This document shows positions 24,306 through 25,567 of a stretch of DNA of 25,567 nucleotides, piece by piece. The DNA comes from Elusimicrobiota bacterium (lineage in GTDB: Bacteria > Elusimicrobiota > Endomicrobiia > Endomicrobiales > JBDRNC01), in NCBI GenBank assembly GCA_043811535.1, contig JBDRNC010000024.1:1-25567 (forward strand). Direction: 5' to 3'. The position numbers were made by a program, and so were the translations under genes. Below the pieces are notes generated by a model. The model was not told where the DNA came from. It made no database searches and was given only the letters and a program-made list of their open reading frames with translations. Within the stretch, counting starts at the first letter, position 1; every line of letters starts with the position of its first letter.

Positions 24306-25343
24306 ATGGAAAACGGGAAAGAAGAACGTATTATCGCGGCTGATACCATTCCTGAAGAAGAAAAACTGGAAATCACTCTAAGGCCCCAGTCGCTCGACGA
24401 ATTCACGGGCCAGGAAAAACTTAAGGAAAATCTTAAGGTTTTTATTCAGTCCGCGAAAAAAAGGAGCGAGCCGCTCGACCACTGCCTTTTTTACTCCCCG
24501 CCGGGTCTTGGCAAGACAACGCTGGCCCACATAATAGCGAGGGAAATGGGCGGGAATTTACGCTCGACTTCAGGCCCCGTGCTGGAAAGGGTCGGGGACC
24601 TCGCGGCAATACTCACCAACCTTTCCCCCGGAGATATTTTTTTCATAGACGAGATCCACAGGTTAAACCATATCGTAGAAGAGTCGCTGTATCCGGTCAT
24701 GGAAGATTTCCAGCTGGACATAATTATCGGCCAGGGCCCTTCCGCAAAGACGATCAAACTGCCGATACCGAGATTCACGCTTGTCGGCGCAACGACAAGA
24801 GCCGGCCTGCTCTCCGGCCCAATGAGAGAGCGGTTCGGCATTATCAACCACCTGAATTTCTATTCCATAGAGGAACTTGAAAATATAGTCCGGCGTTCTG
24901 CGAAAATATTGCAGATAGGGATAGGCACGGGCGGAGTGCGCGAGATTGCGTGCCGCTCAAGGGGCACTCCGAGGATCGTGAACAGGCTTCTCAGGAGGAT
25001 AAGGGATTTCGCCGAGGTCAAGGGTGACGGGAACATCACGGAAAAGATAGCCAAGGATTCTCTTGACGCGCTGGAAGTGGACAAGGCCGGCCTTGACCAG
25101 ATGGACAGGCGGATACTACAGGCTATTATAGAGAAATTTTCGGGAGGGCCGGTAGGCGTGGAAACACTTGCCGTTGCCGTTTCGGAAGAGATTGATACCA
25201 TAACGGATGTTTACGAGCCGTTCCTTATACAATCAGGATTCATGGCAAGGACTCCCCGTGGCAGGATAGCGACGGAACATGCATATAAACACCTAGGGAT
25301 GGAAAAAATCATGCCTAAAAAGAAACAGGAAGAACTTCTGTAG
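24306..25343 (+). CDS. ruvB: Holliday junction DNA helicase RuvB
   Basis: [44 protein letters not shown]. Confidence 0.98.
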   Translation: MENGKEERIIAADTIPEEEKLEITLRPQSLDEFTGQEKLKENLKVFIQSAKKRSEPLDHCLFYSPPGLGKTTLAHIIAREMGGNLRSTSGPVLERVGDLAAILTNLSPGDIFFIDEIHRLNHIVEESLYPVMEDFQLDIIIGQGPSAKTIKLPIPRFTLVGATTRAGLLSGPMRERFGIINHLNFYSIEELENIVRRSAKILQIGIGTGGVREIACRSRGTPRIVNRLLRRIRDFAEVKGDGNITEKIAKDSLDALEVDKAGLDQMDRRILQAIIEKFSGGPVGVETLAVAVSEEIDTITDVYEPFLIQSGFMARTPRGRIATEHAYKHLGMEKIMPKKKQEELL

Positions 25344-25347
25344 ATGC

Positions 25348-25434
25348 AAACACTAAAAACAAAACACTAAATAAATATAAAATTCAAAAAACAAAGTCAA
25401 ATATTTGAGTTTTATGTTTATTTAGAGTTTAGTG
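25348..25434. repeat. AT-rich inverted repeat with about 7-nt periodicity
   Basis: 25362-25388 and 25404-25430 are 24/27 complementary. The right arm is cut short by the IS200-like end. Confidence 0.7.
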
Positions 25435-25567
25435 AGCCGTCAAACCACCAGGCTCCTGCCTGGTGATGGATAGGCCAGTCCAGACGGCAGGCCTGGTAAA
25501 AATGATATAATCTGCGAATGAGATTCAGAAAGAGCACGCACGCAGTATATAAGACGGAGTATCATGT
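25435..25567 (+). mobile_element. IS200/IS605-family element, left end (truncated by window edge)
   Basis: Subterminal hairpin CACCAGGC-TCCT-GCCTGGTG (25446-25465), TATAAT at 25506-25511, then the tnpA start. Exact left boundary uncertain. Confidence 0.75.
25518..25567 (+). CDS. tnpA: IS200/IS605 Y1 transposase, N-terminal fragment (partial)
   Basis: MRFRKSTHAVYKTEYH(V) fits the typical TnpA start (+..SH.VY...YH+V). Confidence 0.8.
   Translation, partial: MRFRKSTHAVYKTEYH

Overview
Bacterial window, bounded by an IS3-family left end (1-139) and the start of an IS200/IS605 tnpA (25518-end). The PorV/UPF0164 gene and FlgD-Ig/T9SS-like C-terminal domains suggest an Elusimicrobiota-like host (inference). 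About 21 kb of accessory DNA, all genes on the + strand, encodes an outer-membrane beta-barrel, a CBS protein, a long RsgA-type GTPase, a 12-repeat NHL surface protein plus PorV-family protein, a U32 protein, a GGDEF protein, a CBM32-GH9 surface protein, a GIY-YIG protein, a class III cyclase, a 53-aa protein missed by the ORF track, two radical SAM enzymes, an attenuator-preceded PchB-like/cupin fusion and a methyltransferase. An IS256 element separates this from the core yebC-ruvC-ruvA-ruvB cluster. The most striking signal is in the first 10.4 kb. The genes are separated by up to seven recurring junctions. A typical junction has a left arm ending in ...GAG (a 32-bp arm AAATAGGTTCTAACATCGTTCAGCAGGGGGAG, or a tRNA-Asn-like 3' end TCCTACCGCCAGAG) followed by one of three hairpin families, and arms and hairpins occur in shuffled combinations. 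The 32-bp arm reads LPLLNDVRTY.. on the minus strand, like a detached recombinase C-terminus. This suggests a tandem, integron-like array of non-autonomous cassettes targeting a tRNA 3' end. Several arms are interrupted by small palindromic insertions. No recombinase or intact tRNA lies in the window, so the mechanism is inferred.
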